Of a stretch of 64,000 nt of DNA, positions 1 through 14,700 are shown one piece after another. Within the stretch, counting starts at the first letter, position 1. Each line of letters opens with the position of its first letter. Made by a program: the position numbers and the translations under genes. The notes beneath the pieces are model-generated. The model did not search any database and had not been told where the DNA came from. It saw nothing but the letters and a program-made list of their open reading frames with translations. This stretch comes from Bugula neritina (Eukaryota; Animalia; Bryozoa). Location of the stretch: contig OZ037768.1 of the NCBI GenBank assembly GCA_964035545.1, positions 1,054,001 through 1,118,000 on the forward strand, written 5' to 3'.

Positions 1-2
1 AC

Positions 3-572
3 AGAGCCGCCTGCCACCTCAAGTTACGTAACCTCATCAAATCAGTGGAAGATTCCTCGAAGGTAACACAACTTCCAATACAACTTAAAGCTTTGAATTA
101 ATGTTAATATCTGTCAAATATTCGTTATTGCATTGAAATGAAGCAATTTAAGGAATTCTAAATATATTTCACTTTGATTAGGCTTTGGAGTTGCTGACTC
201 CTGCAGTACCACAGAATGCGCAGAGTAGGTGTAAAGCTCATGTTAGAAGAGGCACTGCATTTTGTGAGTTAGAGCTCTATGTAGAAGGTAAGAGATCTGT
301 TATAATAAAAGGGTATAGTAATACGTAGTATATATAACATTATGAAGCATCATTCATATGTGTGAATTATTTGCCCTATTGCATTAGTGTTCTACTATTT
401 CATATTTTAGCGATTCAACAAATGTTGTCGAGATTTACTCTCTGATTACTAATTTGTATTGACAGGACTACAGGACTATCACGCTGCTCTCAAAATTACT
501 CCTGATAATGAACAGTTGCAGACGGACGCTGAAAGAATCAGGCAAATTATACAGAGCAGTGGGGAAGGTTAA
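3..572 (+). CDS. DNAAF4: Dynein axonemal assembly factor 4 (DYX1C1), last three exons, C-terminal TPR region (5'-partial)
   Basis: Exons 3-62, 182-287 and 466-572 have GT-AG boundaries. They splice to [90 protein letters not shown], which closely matches the DYX1C1 C-terminus as I recall it ([23 protein letters not shown]). Not in the ORF track. Confidence 0.93.
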
Positions 573-1884
573 CACAACAGCCTTCATTTTATGTCTACAC
601 ATATAGAACTACAGCTAGCTGTAGCCTTTTTCTAGCCTGAGAGTATTATTTGCACTCTACTATGTGAATACATGATGGACTCCATGTTGTAACAGTACTG
701 TATTCAGTATATTATATATGCAGTGAGTATCAACAGGGTGTCCACTAAACCAATATAAATTTATTTGTTCCCGTCTCAAATGAGGGTCCCTATCTAAAGT
801 CAGTTGTTAATTTTAGTATTGAACACAAGTAATAGTTTATATATTGTAACAATACAGCTGGACCTTCTGTAAAAATTTACTCAATTTATCAATAATTGAA
901 TGATAGTGGTCAAATTAACTTTTAGTAGTTTCAGCTTTCGATAAATAATACATTTTTTTATGAAATGTGAAAAGTTTGCAATTACTCTGTAACAAGATAT
1001 TTATAGGCATAAGTATATGTATTTTATGTTTTTGATTTATTTAAGTATACAAGTGTAGTTGCATCTGTTAAAAAATGATTTTTTTTTTCTAAATCATAAA
1101 TATTCAACAGTAAATAAAAAATAATGGCTGCATCATAATGTCATTTATTAAATCTATGATCATACTAAGAAAGTATAATATAACACTTTTTGATAAACTG
1201 ATAGTGTGTAGGTAATAGTAACTAATAATATGCTATTCTGTGATAAATTATGGTTTATAATTATATATTTAATAATATATACATTTAAATCTTGAAGATA
1301 ATACTAAGCAATAACACAAGCAGCAAAAATGGCCATATGCAAAAACAATGTGGCTAATATCTAAATGCATAAAACAGAAAAATGAGCCTCAAATATAACT
1401 GACTTAACCATAATATAATTTTTTTTTACCAATAAAATGATATTGTTCAAGGTTAAAAAGTACATACAAATTGGCTTAGATGCTGTATAATTAAGAGTTG
1501 TGCTCTAATAACAGAAACTTTGTCCTCAAAATGATAGCCTATGTTTTACAAAAAAACTGCTTAACCAATTATTGGTAAGGACTTCTTCTACCACGCCCGT
1601 TTAATGTAAGGCGTCCTTGACTCAATATCACGCTATGCCTATAGTACAAAACTGTATCTCATTTGTGCATGGCTTTTTCATTGCAAACGGTTTACGAAGA
1701 AAAGTACGCACAGTTGACAAGAAGAGTACGCACTGTCACAGTGGACTTACTACTGCACGTCGTCTACTACAGTTAGCAGAACTTGCAATCTCGAACGAAC
1801 GTTCGTAACTAATTTGCTTATGGGATAGGTTAAAGTTACTCATAATTTTGTCCAGCGTGAGTACAATCTGAATCTCAATCTGTA

Positions 1885-2240
1885 ATACTAAGTCTAATAC
1901 TAATATTTACTAATACTAATACTAATAGTAATAGTAATACTAATACTAATACTAATACTAATAGTAATACTAATAGTAATAGTTATAGTAATAGTAGTAA
2001 TACTAATATTTATATTACATTTACTAATACTTGATGCTAATACTAATGCTAATACTAATAGTAATACTAATAGTAATAGTAACACTAACAGTAATACTAA
2101 TTCAGTAATTGAGTAATTGTAATACTAATTGAGTAATTGTAATACTAATACTAATACTAATAGTAACAGTAATACTAATTCAAATCGAGTAATTGTAATG
2201 CTAATAGTAATACTAATACTAATAGTAATAGTGATTGTAA
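1885..2240. repeat. (ACTAAT/AGTAAT)n degenerate hexamer microsatellite
   Basis: Visible tandem hexamers. Accounts for the spurious ORF 1900..2085. Confidence 0.9.
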
Positions 2241-4699
2241 TAGCAATTAGATTAAGTTTTAAGTTAAGGTAATACTTGAAATTAGGGATAAGAACTTACC
2301 CTTGCGGTCTTACTGTTACTCTTACTCTTAGTCTTAGTCTTGCTCAGAATTTATACGCATAGTGATAGTGATAGTGAAAGTCATACTCTTACTTTTGGTC
2401 TTACAGTTACATTTACAGTTAGTGTTACTGAGTTAGTGTAAGTGTTACTCTTGCTTATTCGTGTGTTTGTGACTTAGTCTTAGACTCTTGTACTTGAGTT
2501 ATAGTAATATTAATAGTAATAGTAATAATATTAGTAATTAAGTCATCCAAGGTCAGCCTTTTATAGGGTATCACACCATCTAATCCTCAGACCTAATCCC
2601 TTGTTTACTGTTACATAAATTTAATATGTTCATAGTTTTGACTATCAGAATCATGATCACTTTGTGTTAGAGATTAGCCACTGTCATTAGTGATTAGGCT
2701 TAGAATTAGTTATTAGTTTTATGATGACCATTGTACCTTGACACCCTGACACCCTATGAGTCGTGATTGTGACACTAACTTCACGTTTTAGTTTAAATAA
2801 CTGACTGACTAAAACTCGGTAGGATTACCTCTGAAATTGCTCTCTCACACACTGAGGTTGTCCTGAGTCTTCATCAGTGGTCATGCTGATTAGTAGCACT
2901 ACTCTCACTGTGACTTACAGTTTACCATAAGTTAGTTGAACACAGATCAGGAATTACTATTTAGATTTAATCTCAATGTCATGTTGAAGAAAATAACAAG
3001 TTATACTTATTCTTTTCAGCATAACACAACATGGAGCTAAGATAATGTAATGCATTTGTTAGAGTGTGACTATAAGTATAATACAAGTATGAGTATGCAT
3101 TTAGTTTATCTTGATTTAGTTATTAGTATATATTATGTCTCCTAGTCACCAGTCATTATGTAATAATGATTACTATAACTATAAAAGGTATACTAAATCC
3201 TCTCATCTTCTTATTCACTTGAACTTTACTCAACTTATGCCAGTTTTAACATCAGTTTATTACTCCACTTTTATTTTGGAGTTATAATGTGTGATTTTAG
3301 TTTCTTGTTTCTGTTGGTTTTTGACCTGATTTTTGATGCTTAAAACTATAATTGACAGTAACACAGCTATAATACAATTCTATATATATCACTGAGTGAT
3401 GTTAGTTACTAGGGCAACAGCAAATTCTAGTGTTATGTTATTATCTCGGTTCATTAAAGTTAAAATAAAAATAAGGAAGCTCTGCAAATGATAAAAATTG
3501 GGGGAATAAGAATGGAGTTTCAGATTTGTGGATTAACTTTCAATGCCTCGCTGTGGTTTTGAGCTGGACTCGGGAGTTTAGCAGACTACATGCTTACTAG
3601 TAGTTGTAACCTTAAAGTACAGTCAGCAACAGTATATATGCTGTTAGCTTTTGGCTGCTACTATTTCTCTTTGGATTGTATAAAAAGTACCAACTGAAAC
3701 ATCACAGCCTACGCATTGTGTCTAAATCAATCAGGGAGAAGCATGGCCTGTTTACTCTTGCTGTGATTCTATAAATCTCTCATCTCTTTTCCGCACCTCC
3801 TCTATTTCTCCATTCCCTGTTCTTTGTTGTCTTTATTTGTGCTTTAACTCTTTTTCATTACTTTTTCCCCACTTTCTGTGTGAAAATATTACTTGGTCAT
3901 AAATGGAACAGATTTACAAGGACTGACCTGACATGTATGTAGGATATTCCATGACAAAGCAGCACGTGCCTGGTTGGTCTTCACTTATAATCAGTTTAGT
4001 AGATTTTAACTGCCCTCACATGTGTTAAGTAACCCATTCATTCTGTCATTTGTATTTTGACCTTTTTACAACCAAATGCTAAACTGAGCCAGCTACTAGT
4101 GATTGATCACAGTTGTATCCTACCAACACTTAAATCATCACAGTTGAAAAATAGGACTAGTACACAGTACATATTGTGTAGTACACAATGTGCGTAGTAT
4201 ACATTGTGTTTATAACACGGATGTACTAAGAAAGAGATGTTATCTATGTAGCATTCCATAAACACACAAAATTGAAAGTATATTTTCACTGGCTGAAGTT
4301 TAGAGTATTGCTAATAACAACCTTTATTAATCTACAGTTTTCTTCCACCATGATTATTAAGGTTCAATCAAGGACAACCATTGCTATTATTTTCTCAATT
4401 TATTTGATTAATATTTGATGTTTCCATATTTGCCAAAATTGATGAAGTCTTTCTATATGTAATTGTTTTCTCTTGTTGTGGAATTATTTTCAAATCACAT
4501 TCCATTGTAACAGTGTGCTTATTAGAGCCAGCATGAATATCTTAGTGTCCATGTTTTTCATCTCGTTCTGTTGCTGTTTTATAGGATGTGCTTTAACATC
4601 AGTTTGATATGTGGTTTGTTTTTAGAAGTCAAAGCTTTCACTACAAAAAATGCAATTTAAGACATCACACCGTAAGGTCTTGTTAGTTTTACAAACAAG

Positions 4700-4810
4700 T
4701 TGTGACCTAAAACAGTAACACCTGCTAAACTACCTGTCACGTGTGGTTGTGACGTCACATAAGGTCATGACGTCACATGGCAGACAAAAACTGTTCCAGT
4801 TTTAGGTCAG
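4700..4810. promoter_or_regulatory. Motif cluster upstream of the first coding exon of the nuclear receptor: E-box, two CRE palindromes, AGGTCA half-sites
   Basis: CACGTG 4738-4743, TGACGTCA 4750-4757 and 4768-4775, AGGTCA 4762-4767, and an inverted GTTTTAGGTCA pair at about 4703-4713 and 4799-4809. Function not demonstrated. Confidence 0.45.
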
Positions 4811-4865
4811 TTAATCTGCCATCTCATGATAATAAATAATAGAGTGTTATTGCGACATTTTGTAG

Positions 4866-7800
4866 ATGTCTGCAATGCTGGCTAGTCGTGGCTCTGAGTC
4901 TATGGAGAAGCTGAAACCTCGGGCTCCCATCCTGCCACCCTGTAGGATATGCGGCGAGAAAGCCTCTGGCTTGCACTACGGTGTCAACAGCTGCGAGGCG
5001 TGTAAGGTGAGACGTCATAACTCCCAGCTATGTCACTTTACTTCTCCTAATAGCCTTCAACTTCCCTTACTGTCTCATGGTGGACTCTTGTAGTCTCACC
5101 AAGTCCTTACGAAGGACTGTTAGGTTAAGTTCTTACTAGTGATGAACTCTGATCACCTTATCTGCTATAACAGATACATATTGTCAACAGGTGTATCTCC
5201 AGGTATCATATTCTGTTAGCTTAATGAAAGTTGTTGGTGTGTATGCTGACCTTGCGTTGACCTTGCGGATTGACCTCTATATCTCCTATAGCCCAGAGTG
5301 TTAATCAAATACACAGATACACACATTCTTATGTAATATGACCACACATTTCACTGAGTAGTTTATGTACTTAATCTATAGAATCTAAATTGTCCATTTA
5401 CTTTATTCAAGGAATCCCTTTATGAATGAGGGAGTGATTGAGTAAATTATTACCAAATACCATCATTTATACTCAAAGCATCTTCTCTAACTCCAGTGTA
5501 TATAAATTGTGTATATAGTATCAGTCACCTTGGAGTCTTTAGTATGCCAGTTACACCCCCAGTTACACCCCCAGTTACACCCCCAATTACACCCCCAGTT
5601 ACACTCCTAATACACTTTCAACTCTGTTTACAGAAAAGGAATACACATAATATAAATACTAATATAATTGTAAAAAAGTTTTCATCATTTCGGGAAGTTT
5701 TTGGGAATTTTTCATTCAACGAAAGATATCAAGTTTAGCTACACAATGTTAGTTACACGAGGGGGGGGGGACATGCAGGCAGCGCCAAGTTATTTATAAT
5801 CATCTTGGCCAGCCCCTCGCTCTCTAGTGTCCAAGTCATCTTTGAATTACGAGAAGTTGGTCCATTTGTACTGGTTGGGTGAATGTCCTACACCACCACT
5901 ATCTATCTCACCTCACATTCTGCTGGTCATGTGCTGGTCATCTGCTGGTCCCTTTGGTCAGCGGTTAGAGTTACCATCATGTGAGCAGCTTTACACCAGT
6001 AGACGTGGTGTACAGTAGACGTGGTGTACAGTAGACGTGGTGTACAGTAGACGTGGTGTACAGTAGACGTGGTGTACAGTAGACGTGACACACAGTAGAC
6101 GTGGTGTACAGTAGACGTGGTGTACAGTAGACGTGGTGTACAGTAGACGTGGTGTACAGTAGACGTGACACACAGTAGACGTGGTGTACAGTAGACGTGG
6201 TGTACAGTAGACGTTGTGTACAGTAGACGTGGTGTACAGTAGACGTGGTGTACAGTAGATGTGACACACAGTAGACGTGGTGTACAGTAGACGTAGTGTA
6301 CAGTAGCCATTACAGTGTAGCACGTCACACATTATGACCAGGGGAGGACGCAGAAGGGGGACACAGGGGGTGAGCAACTATGCCTCTGGTATCCCATATC
6401 AGTCTGTCCCAGTTTCTGTCACTCAACTCATCATAACTTCTCTCTCCTGACTCAGTGCTGAGTGTGTGACAGGAGACAATCTTCAGATTCCCCCTTCTTC
6501 TTGTCAGCAGATATCATCTGTGAAGAGTTATTTCTCTCAGTACAACTATGTGTTGACAAACAAGTCAATGCTGACTTCATGATATGTTTTGTTCAACTGG
6601 CCTTCATTTCGGTCACTGGTTGAGAGTGTTGATTGGTGTACTTTATATACTGCTAGTGTTTGTAATCTGTTAGTATATACTAGTATACAGTCAGTGTATA
6701 ATAATATACAGTATAGTATAATATAGTATATAGTGAGTATAGTATATTATAATATACTACCAACATCTTGCTGGGAGGGTGACAGTATATAGTATATAGT
6801 ATATTATAATATACTACCAACATCTTGCTGGGAGGGTGACAGTATATAGTATATAGTATATTATAATATACTACCAACATCTTGCTGGGAGGGTGACAGT
6901 ATATAGTATATAGTATATTATAATATACTACCAACATCTTGCTGGGAGGGTGACAGTATATAGTATATAGTATATTATAATATACTACCAACATCTTGCT
7001 GGGAGGGTGACAGTATATAGTATATAGTATATTATAATATACTACCAACATCTTGCTGGGAGGGTGACAGTATATAGTATATAGTATATTATAATATACT
7101 ACCAACATCTTGCTGGGAGGGTGACAGAAAGTAAATTGCTTGGCTCATTTTATCCACTTATTATTCATTTCACTGGGAATTTAATTTATGTAGAAATTTG
7201 ATCTCACTGCACTATCTTAGCCATTGCAGTGTGTTCAAGGAGAGTTCATGGGCCTGGGGGTAGGGTAGAGTTGGTTCTAGCCTGTAGTATTGTCTGGTAA
7301 CACCGCGTTACATATTATACTGTAGACTGTAGACTGTAGAGTACTCCATACAAGTACAAGTAGAAAGTTTTGTCTGAGTTCTTCAACTGTAACTTTACTA
7401 AACTTTGACAGTTTGCTGTGAGTGCAGACAACTCCCAGTGAAACTATTAGCTAGACTCCCTCACAGTGAACATATAGGAGGTATTAGTACCAGCATTTGA
7501 CCTGCTGTCTAGTTGTCTAGACACAGTGTACCTTCTACCTCTGCAACTCTATCTATCTAGATGTATAGACCCAACTTCTCACTGCTACTCTGTTTTACTC
7601 TCTACTCCACACTGAGTTTACTTACATCTTACTATAGCTGCCCACTCACGTACCCACCACTTCCTAATCCCACCTCATGCTAGCAAAACAACCTCGACCT
7701 GTTTACCCCTTCCCCGGACTGTACAGCTACTGCACAGCGTGACGTGGAGATCCGGTCACGCGTGACGGGTGTACTTTGTGTAGAAGTATGCTAATGGGTC

Positions 7801-10573
7801 GGTCACAGCTTTGCTTGTAGGAATATTTCCAGCTCTTGTGGTAGACAAGAGGCCTGTTTGTGGTGTGCACTATTAGCTACAATGTCTCCTCTCTCTGTTT
7901 GCAGGGTTTCTTCAGACGTAGCATGTTCAACAAGGATAAATATGGCTGCTCAAAGGACCAAAACTGTGAAATTAAGAGAGGCAAAAGGAATCAGTGTGCC
8001 TACTGCAGATATCACAAGTGTATTCGTCTGGGCATGTCAGTGGAAGGTGGGAGCTTTAACCTGCTGTATAGTCACACACTGTATAGTCACACACTGTATA
8101 GTCACACACTGTATAGTCACACACTGTGTAGTCACACACTGTGTAGTCACACACTGTGTAGTCACACACTGTGTAGTCACACACTGTATAGTCACACACT
8201 GTATATTCACACACTGTACAGTCACACACTGTGTAGTAACACACTGTATAGTCACACACTGTGTAGTCACACACTGTATAGTCACACACTGTATAGTCGC
8301 ACTGTATAGTCACACACTGTATAGTCACACACTGTGTAGTCACACACTGTGTAGTCACACACTGTATAGTCACACACTGTACAGTCACACACTGTACAGT
8401 CACACACTGTGTAGTAACACACTGTATAGTCACACACTGTATAGTCGCACTGTATAGTCACACACTGTATAGTCACACACTGTGTAGTCACACACTGTAT
8501 AGTCACACACTGTGTAGTCACACACTGTGTAGTCACACACTGTATAGTCACACACTGTACAGTCACACACTGTATAGTCACACTGTATAGTCACACACTG
8601 TATAGTCACACTGTATAGTAACTAGTAACTGACTAGTAACTGACTAGTAACTGACTAGTAATTACTAGCTGAAGTGAACTAGTAGTGATACCAACTGGGC
8701 ACATTTCTTTGCTGCATAATCTTACATCATCAAGCAAGCATTGTGAACTCATTTTCAGACAGATCTTTGCACTTTCTCACACATCCGGAGTATTAGAAGA
8801 AAGTGTAGCCCCTGTGTTGGTACTGGTATGAGTGAGTTACAGTCAGCTGGTTGTAGGGTGCCAGAAGATGACCTGGTATTCTCAAATTAAATGGCTTATT
8901 GGTTGTTTTGCCACTCTTCTAGCTGTAGAAAAGAGCCACTCTTCTAGCTGTAGAAAAGAGCCACTGTTCTAGCTGTAGAAAAGAGCCACTCTTCTAGCTG
9001 TAGAAAAGAGCCACTGTTTTAGTGATTGCTTTGTGTTTTATCATAGCCTTCTTCGTATCATATAGCCATACTGACATTGAAACCTCAAAAAAATGTTTAC
9101 ACATGGCATTCTTCGAAACAGTCTAAATTATTGACAACATTTCTGTGTTAACTATTCCACCAGCTGTGTAGGATTGCTACAGCCACATCAGGTTCTGTTG
9201 TCGTGTCTGTTGCCCTGTGTTGAACATGAAGTACAGGGAGATGGTGTAGTGAGGGGAATGAAGCTATTGTGGCACGATCAACACAGATTTTTTTGCTGAC
9301 TGCTGAAAGCACTTTGCTGCCGCTGGAAACAGAACCCATTATTTCTAGAGTGTACTATTTTGATGGTCTGCAAACACAATCCATTGGTGTGGAGAACTAC
9401 ACAACTACTGAGTTGAGTTGAGTTCAAATCTACCAGCTGCAAACATGAGTTGAACGACAAGATAAAGACTTGACTTACTGCATATTCATGCTGAGAAATG
9501 AGTTGACTGTCACACTAAAGGTTTATAGGATTTGACTAGCACCTGCCTTTCACTGCTCTGCCATTATTTATTCTATAATATTAATATATTTAATAATTAT
9601 GCTAATGTACTGCTGGCCGGTTGGTCGTATTAATTAATGGATTAGTGGGGTCAGGCCTCATTGCAAACAGAATCTTACCTCAATGACCCTAGCTACCCTC
9701 TCCATCTACCCTACTACCCTCTCTATCTACCCTACTACCCTCTCCATCTACCCTCTCTATATACCCCCTCTATCTACCCTCTCCATCTACCCTCTCCATC
9801 TACCCTACTACCCTCTCTATCTACCCTCTGTATCTACCCTCTGTATCTACCCTCTCTATCTACCCTCTGTATCTACCCTCTCTATCTACCCTCTCTATCT
9901 ACCCTCTCTATCTACCCTCTCTATCTACCCTCTCTATCTACCCTCTCTATCTACCCTCTCTATATACCCTAGCTACCCTCTCTATCTACCCCCTCTATGT
10001 ACCCTAGCTACCCTCTCTATCTACCCTCTCTATCTACCCTCTGTATCTACCCTCTCTATCTACCCTCTGTATCTGCCCTCTCTATCTACCCTCTCTATCT
10101 ACCCTCTGTATCTACCCTCTCTATCTACCCTCTCCATCTACCCCCTCTATCTACCCTCTCTATCTACCCTCTCTGTCTACCCTCTGTATCTACCCTCGCT
10201 ATCTGTGGAGGTAGCAGGTACTGTCAAGTGCCTCGCTGCCGCTGCATTCTCCGTCGGCAGCACTGCTCCATTCTGCCCACCTTGGTGTACCAATATCGCA
10301 GCAAATACCGATCTAGCTGGGCGTGCAAAGGTCACTGAGGGAGACATTTAGCTCCTGGCTAAGCGCTGTATCACTTCTCTAATCTTCGCTCTTTATGGTG
10401 CTGGGATGTGGTGGTATTTTTAGCTGTTTGTTTCAAAACAAATCAGCGTCAGATGGTTGTGGGGTGTTTGTTGGTCTCCTTTTTCATACCGCAGCTTCAT
10501 CTGAGCACTCTAATACTAATACTACTACTACTACTACTAGTACTAGTACTACTACTACTAATACTACTACTAA

Positions 10574-10620
<47 letters not shown>

Positions 10621-11694
10621 GTACTACTACTAATACTACTACTAGTACTAGTACTATTACTGCTACTACTACTGCTACTATTACTACTACTACTAGTACT
10701 AATACTACTACTAATACTAGTACTACTACTGCTGCTACTACTGCTACTGCTACTGCTACTACTACTACTACTACTACTAATACTACTACTACTACCAGTA
10801 CTACTACTAGCTACTACTACTAGCTACTATGCTAGCTACTACTGCTAGCTACTACTGCTAGCTACTACTGCTAGCTACTGTGCTAGCTACTGTGCTAGCT
10901 ACTGTGCTAGCTACTGTGCTAGCTACTGTGCTAGCTACTGTGCTAGCTACTGTGCTAGCTACTGTGCTAGCTACTGTGCTAGCTACTGGGCGAACTAGCG
11001 GCCATGTTCACACATCCTGACCTCAATTAATGTTTATACCCACATATTCACCTCGTATTATAGATATTATATAGCCAGGAGCCATCACTATCAGCCTGGA
11101 TGTATCAACTTAGCAATTTGCATACTCCAAGGGTATGGGCCAACAATGAGGCCAGGTGGTTGAACATTGAATTTCTTTTCAATAAATTGTAAGTAATTAT
11201 GCCTCTAAGAGTGTTTATTGGTGAATGGCTAACTCAAGTCTGTGTCTCTTTGAGGGGGTTTATCAACCATAAAACTGGAAAATTTTAGCCTAGTGAGAGA
11301 GAAGTTGGGCTGATGAAGTCTGCATATAACCTTCATTTTCTGCTAAAACCAAGAAACTACTACCAAGGCAGGCAGGCAAGCGGTCCTTGTTTTGTCCAAG
11401 TTTTTCCCATGGTGGGTTTTCTCCTCATGGTGGGGTTTTCTCCTCATGGTGGGGTTTTCTCCTCATAGTGGGGTTGCCCTTACAGCTGGCCTTCACTCAA
11501 ACCCAAATCATGCACCAAGTTTTAGGCAGTTGGCTTACCTTGAGTTACCAAGAGCTTGTAGAATGTTAGACCTTAAAGTGTGTAGGCGTCAACACTTCTT
11601 AACTTCAGGTTTACAATTGCATAACTGAGAAATTGTTCATTGTCCCTGCTACTATGCCTCTCTCTCAGCTACTCTGCCTGTCTCCCTCTCCCAG

Positions 11695-11749
<55 letters not shown>

Positions 11750-14700
11750 ATTTCCAGTATTTTTGAGATTTTTGTTCAAGTTCTCTAAGCACTCACCCTC
11801 AACTACAAGACACCCGAAGACATCTTTGCAACTAGAAGAGGGGAGAAAAGTGCAAAACATAACAAAATTCAAGTTTAGTGTCTGAATTTGTTCACAAACC
11901 ACTCTACCAGGGCATGTTCCAGGGCTGATTATACACCAGTAAACACGTCCAGGTGTACCATAGTGCATGCTGTCAACTCTTTCCTACGTGCCCTACTCAT
12001 TGTGGGCTGTGGAACAGTGTTGATCACATTTTGAAATTTAAATGGAAATTAAAACTTGCAACTGACTAGAATAAATCTGGCAGCTAAAAGGAGGACATGA
12101 AATGCTATGGAGATGAGGTAGTGCTTCTTCCTAAACTCTACTCGGTTTGCTGAGAAAGAGAAAAGAGAGGGGAGGGGGGAGAGGACACTCTACTCTGACG
12201 TTTGCTCATTACCTGAGATTTATTATGTTATCATTATGGTATGCACTACATACATTTCCTAGCACAATGCTATAACATGCAATAGATCAGCCCATTTACC
12301 TTCGGAAAGGTTTCCAGCTATGACATATCCTCTTCGCAGTAACTCTTGGCTCTATAAGTTCAGAAACATCATCTTTTATACGTAATCTTTATTACACAGG
12401 AAATATTATGAGTTCTATGACGTAATAGGAATACTAACGCACTGCATAATAATCTAATGTAATAGTCGTTTCTTACAGGGGCTGGAGTTGCTTTCCCTTT
12501 ATACTTGACTAGAAAAATCATTCTAAATGCTGCTGTCTAAATCAAAGAATTGTATTTTCAAGTTAATCATCTTCGTGTTGCGTGTATGTATGTGTATATA
12601 TATGTTGTATGTATGTGTATATATATGTTGTATGTATGTGTATATATATATATTGTATGTGTGTGTATATATATATTGTATGTGTGTGTGTATATATATG
12701 TTGTATATGTGTGTATATATATATTGTATGTGTGTATATATATGTTGTATATGTGTGTATATATATGTTCTATGTATGTGTATATATATGTTGTATGTAT
12801 GTGTATATATATATTGTATGTATGTGTATATATATGTTGTATATGTGTGTATATATATGTTCTATGTATGTGTATATATATGTTGTATATGTGTGTATAT
12901 ATATGTTCTATGTATGTGTATATATATGTTGTATGTATGTATGTATGTATGTATATATTTATATGTTGTATGTCAGCTATTCGCACTGGGAGGTACACTC
13001 ACTCGAAGAAGGCAGCCGACATAATTGAGGTGAAGACGCTAGAAGGCACAATGAAGTCTACTCAGAAAATGAAGGACTACAATGAGCTGGTGGATGCTCT
13101 ACACAAAGGGGTCAAGAACACAGACATGATTGACTTGCTTACCACACACCACAGTCAGCTTAACATCATGGATCGCAAGATTCAATCCCAAATGGTAATT
13201 CTCACCTTCTCTCACCTCTGCTCACCTCCCCTCACCTTCTCTCACCTTCCCTCACATTCTCTCACCTTCCCTCACCCTCTCTCACCTTCTCCCACCTTCT
13301 CCCACCCTCTCCCACCTCCCCTCACCTTCTCCCACCCTCTCTCACATAATCCCACCCTTTTTCTGTTTATACTTTGTCAGCTGCCCAGGTGGAGTCGCTT
13401 TCCAATAGTTTCCAGTTTCAGTCAACAGGTGAAATTCTTGTTTTGGTAAAAACACAATTGATGTTAGATGATGTGAATCACGTTAACCCAGTGACCGGTG
13501 TTGACCAGCGGTGACCAGGCTCAGCTCAGCTCTGCGACCAGCCTGCATAGCGCAGTTGTTTATGCCTACGTGACAGGATAAGTCCGGAAATCGTACACTG
13601 GCTGTAAACTACACTGGCGCCAGTGTTTATCCATGCACCTGAATTATTCCACTGTGTTGAGTGGCACTACACTGAGAAAGGAAGTAGATGATTGAGCATG
13701 CTCAGATAATAAACCGTGGGGAGGAGAGGGGTAAAGGAAATACCTAACGGTCTAGTAGTGTTGGTGAATTATGCTTACCAGGTAACGTTCAGATGCTTTA
13801 AAAATGTTTTGAAAACTAAGAAATAGCTATTTAAGTGTGACTGTATTGTTCTTGACTGTAAAGTTCCAATTTTGCTGTCACCAGTTCAAAATCCTGTACA
13901 GTAATTATAAACATTCTAAATATTTTTAGGTATGGTTGGGCCAGCAAAGCTTTATTCTTACACAATTAACAAGTTGACACACCGTTTAATATTCAATTAA
14001 CTCCATTCCTGTCTCTTTTACTTCCTGAATGGTGAATATTTTGACGCTGTACTCTTTCTCTGGAGACAGCCAACACTAGTACCACCATGTTTTTGTCTGT
14101 TGATATGTACTTCTTTGTCAACTGACAATCTAATTATATCTCTAAATTGTCCACAAAAAACCTTAAATTCCGATTCCACCAGATAGGCGCCCCTGGTTAC
14201 CGCTCCTTACCAGGACTTTTATGCGTCTCACAGGCCAACCCTGTTATTCTCAGGGTATGACGAAATCGGTGGTCATTTTGTTGTTATTCCGAGAATTGAT
14301 TGTGACAGCGCACTGATTGATGATGTCACTCTGCCGACTATTTCATCTTGCAGACGGATGATGACGCAATGACCTGCTTATAACGATACACAGAGGGTGT
14401 TTCGCCCAGGCCGCCACTTATAGCTTTAATTTCTTGGAAGCTGTTGGAATGCAATCTTTTCCAGCTGAAGTTAGCAGATTGTTGACAAGTGATATTTGTT
14501 TTCTGGTTGGTAGGCGCCTCCCTTTTCAGCCTCCTCCTCTGCCATCACATCTCCGTATCTTCTAAACTACATCCCTACTCTGCCTTTACACCTATTTTCC
14601 TTTCACCTTTCACCTCCGCTTCTCAGGTATTCTGTTTACATTCAACTGTAACTTGTTGTGTGAAACCTCAAGTATGAGCAGATACTCTGTTAAGTAATAC

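Noticed and set aside
1617-1860. 63-aa ORF, or a possible promoter and first non-coding exon of the receptor (donor-like C|GTGAGT at about 1857)
   Set aside because: The ORF has a TTG start and no recognisable homology. The non-coding exon idea is plausible but cannot be tested from sequence alone.
5927-13449. Many long ORFs in the track (5927-6377, 6680-7108, repeat tails of 7858-8581, 9661-10351, 10395-10848, 12527-13028)
   Set aside because: They are translations of mini- and microsatellites. Only 7905-8046 and 12977-13194 are supported exons.
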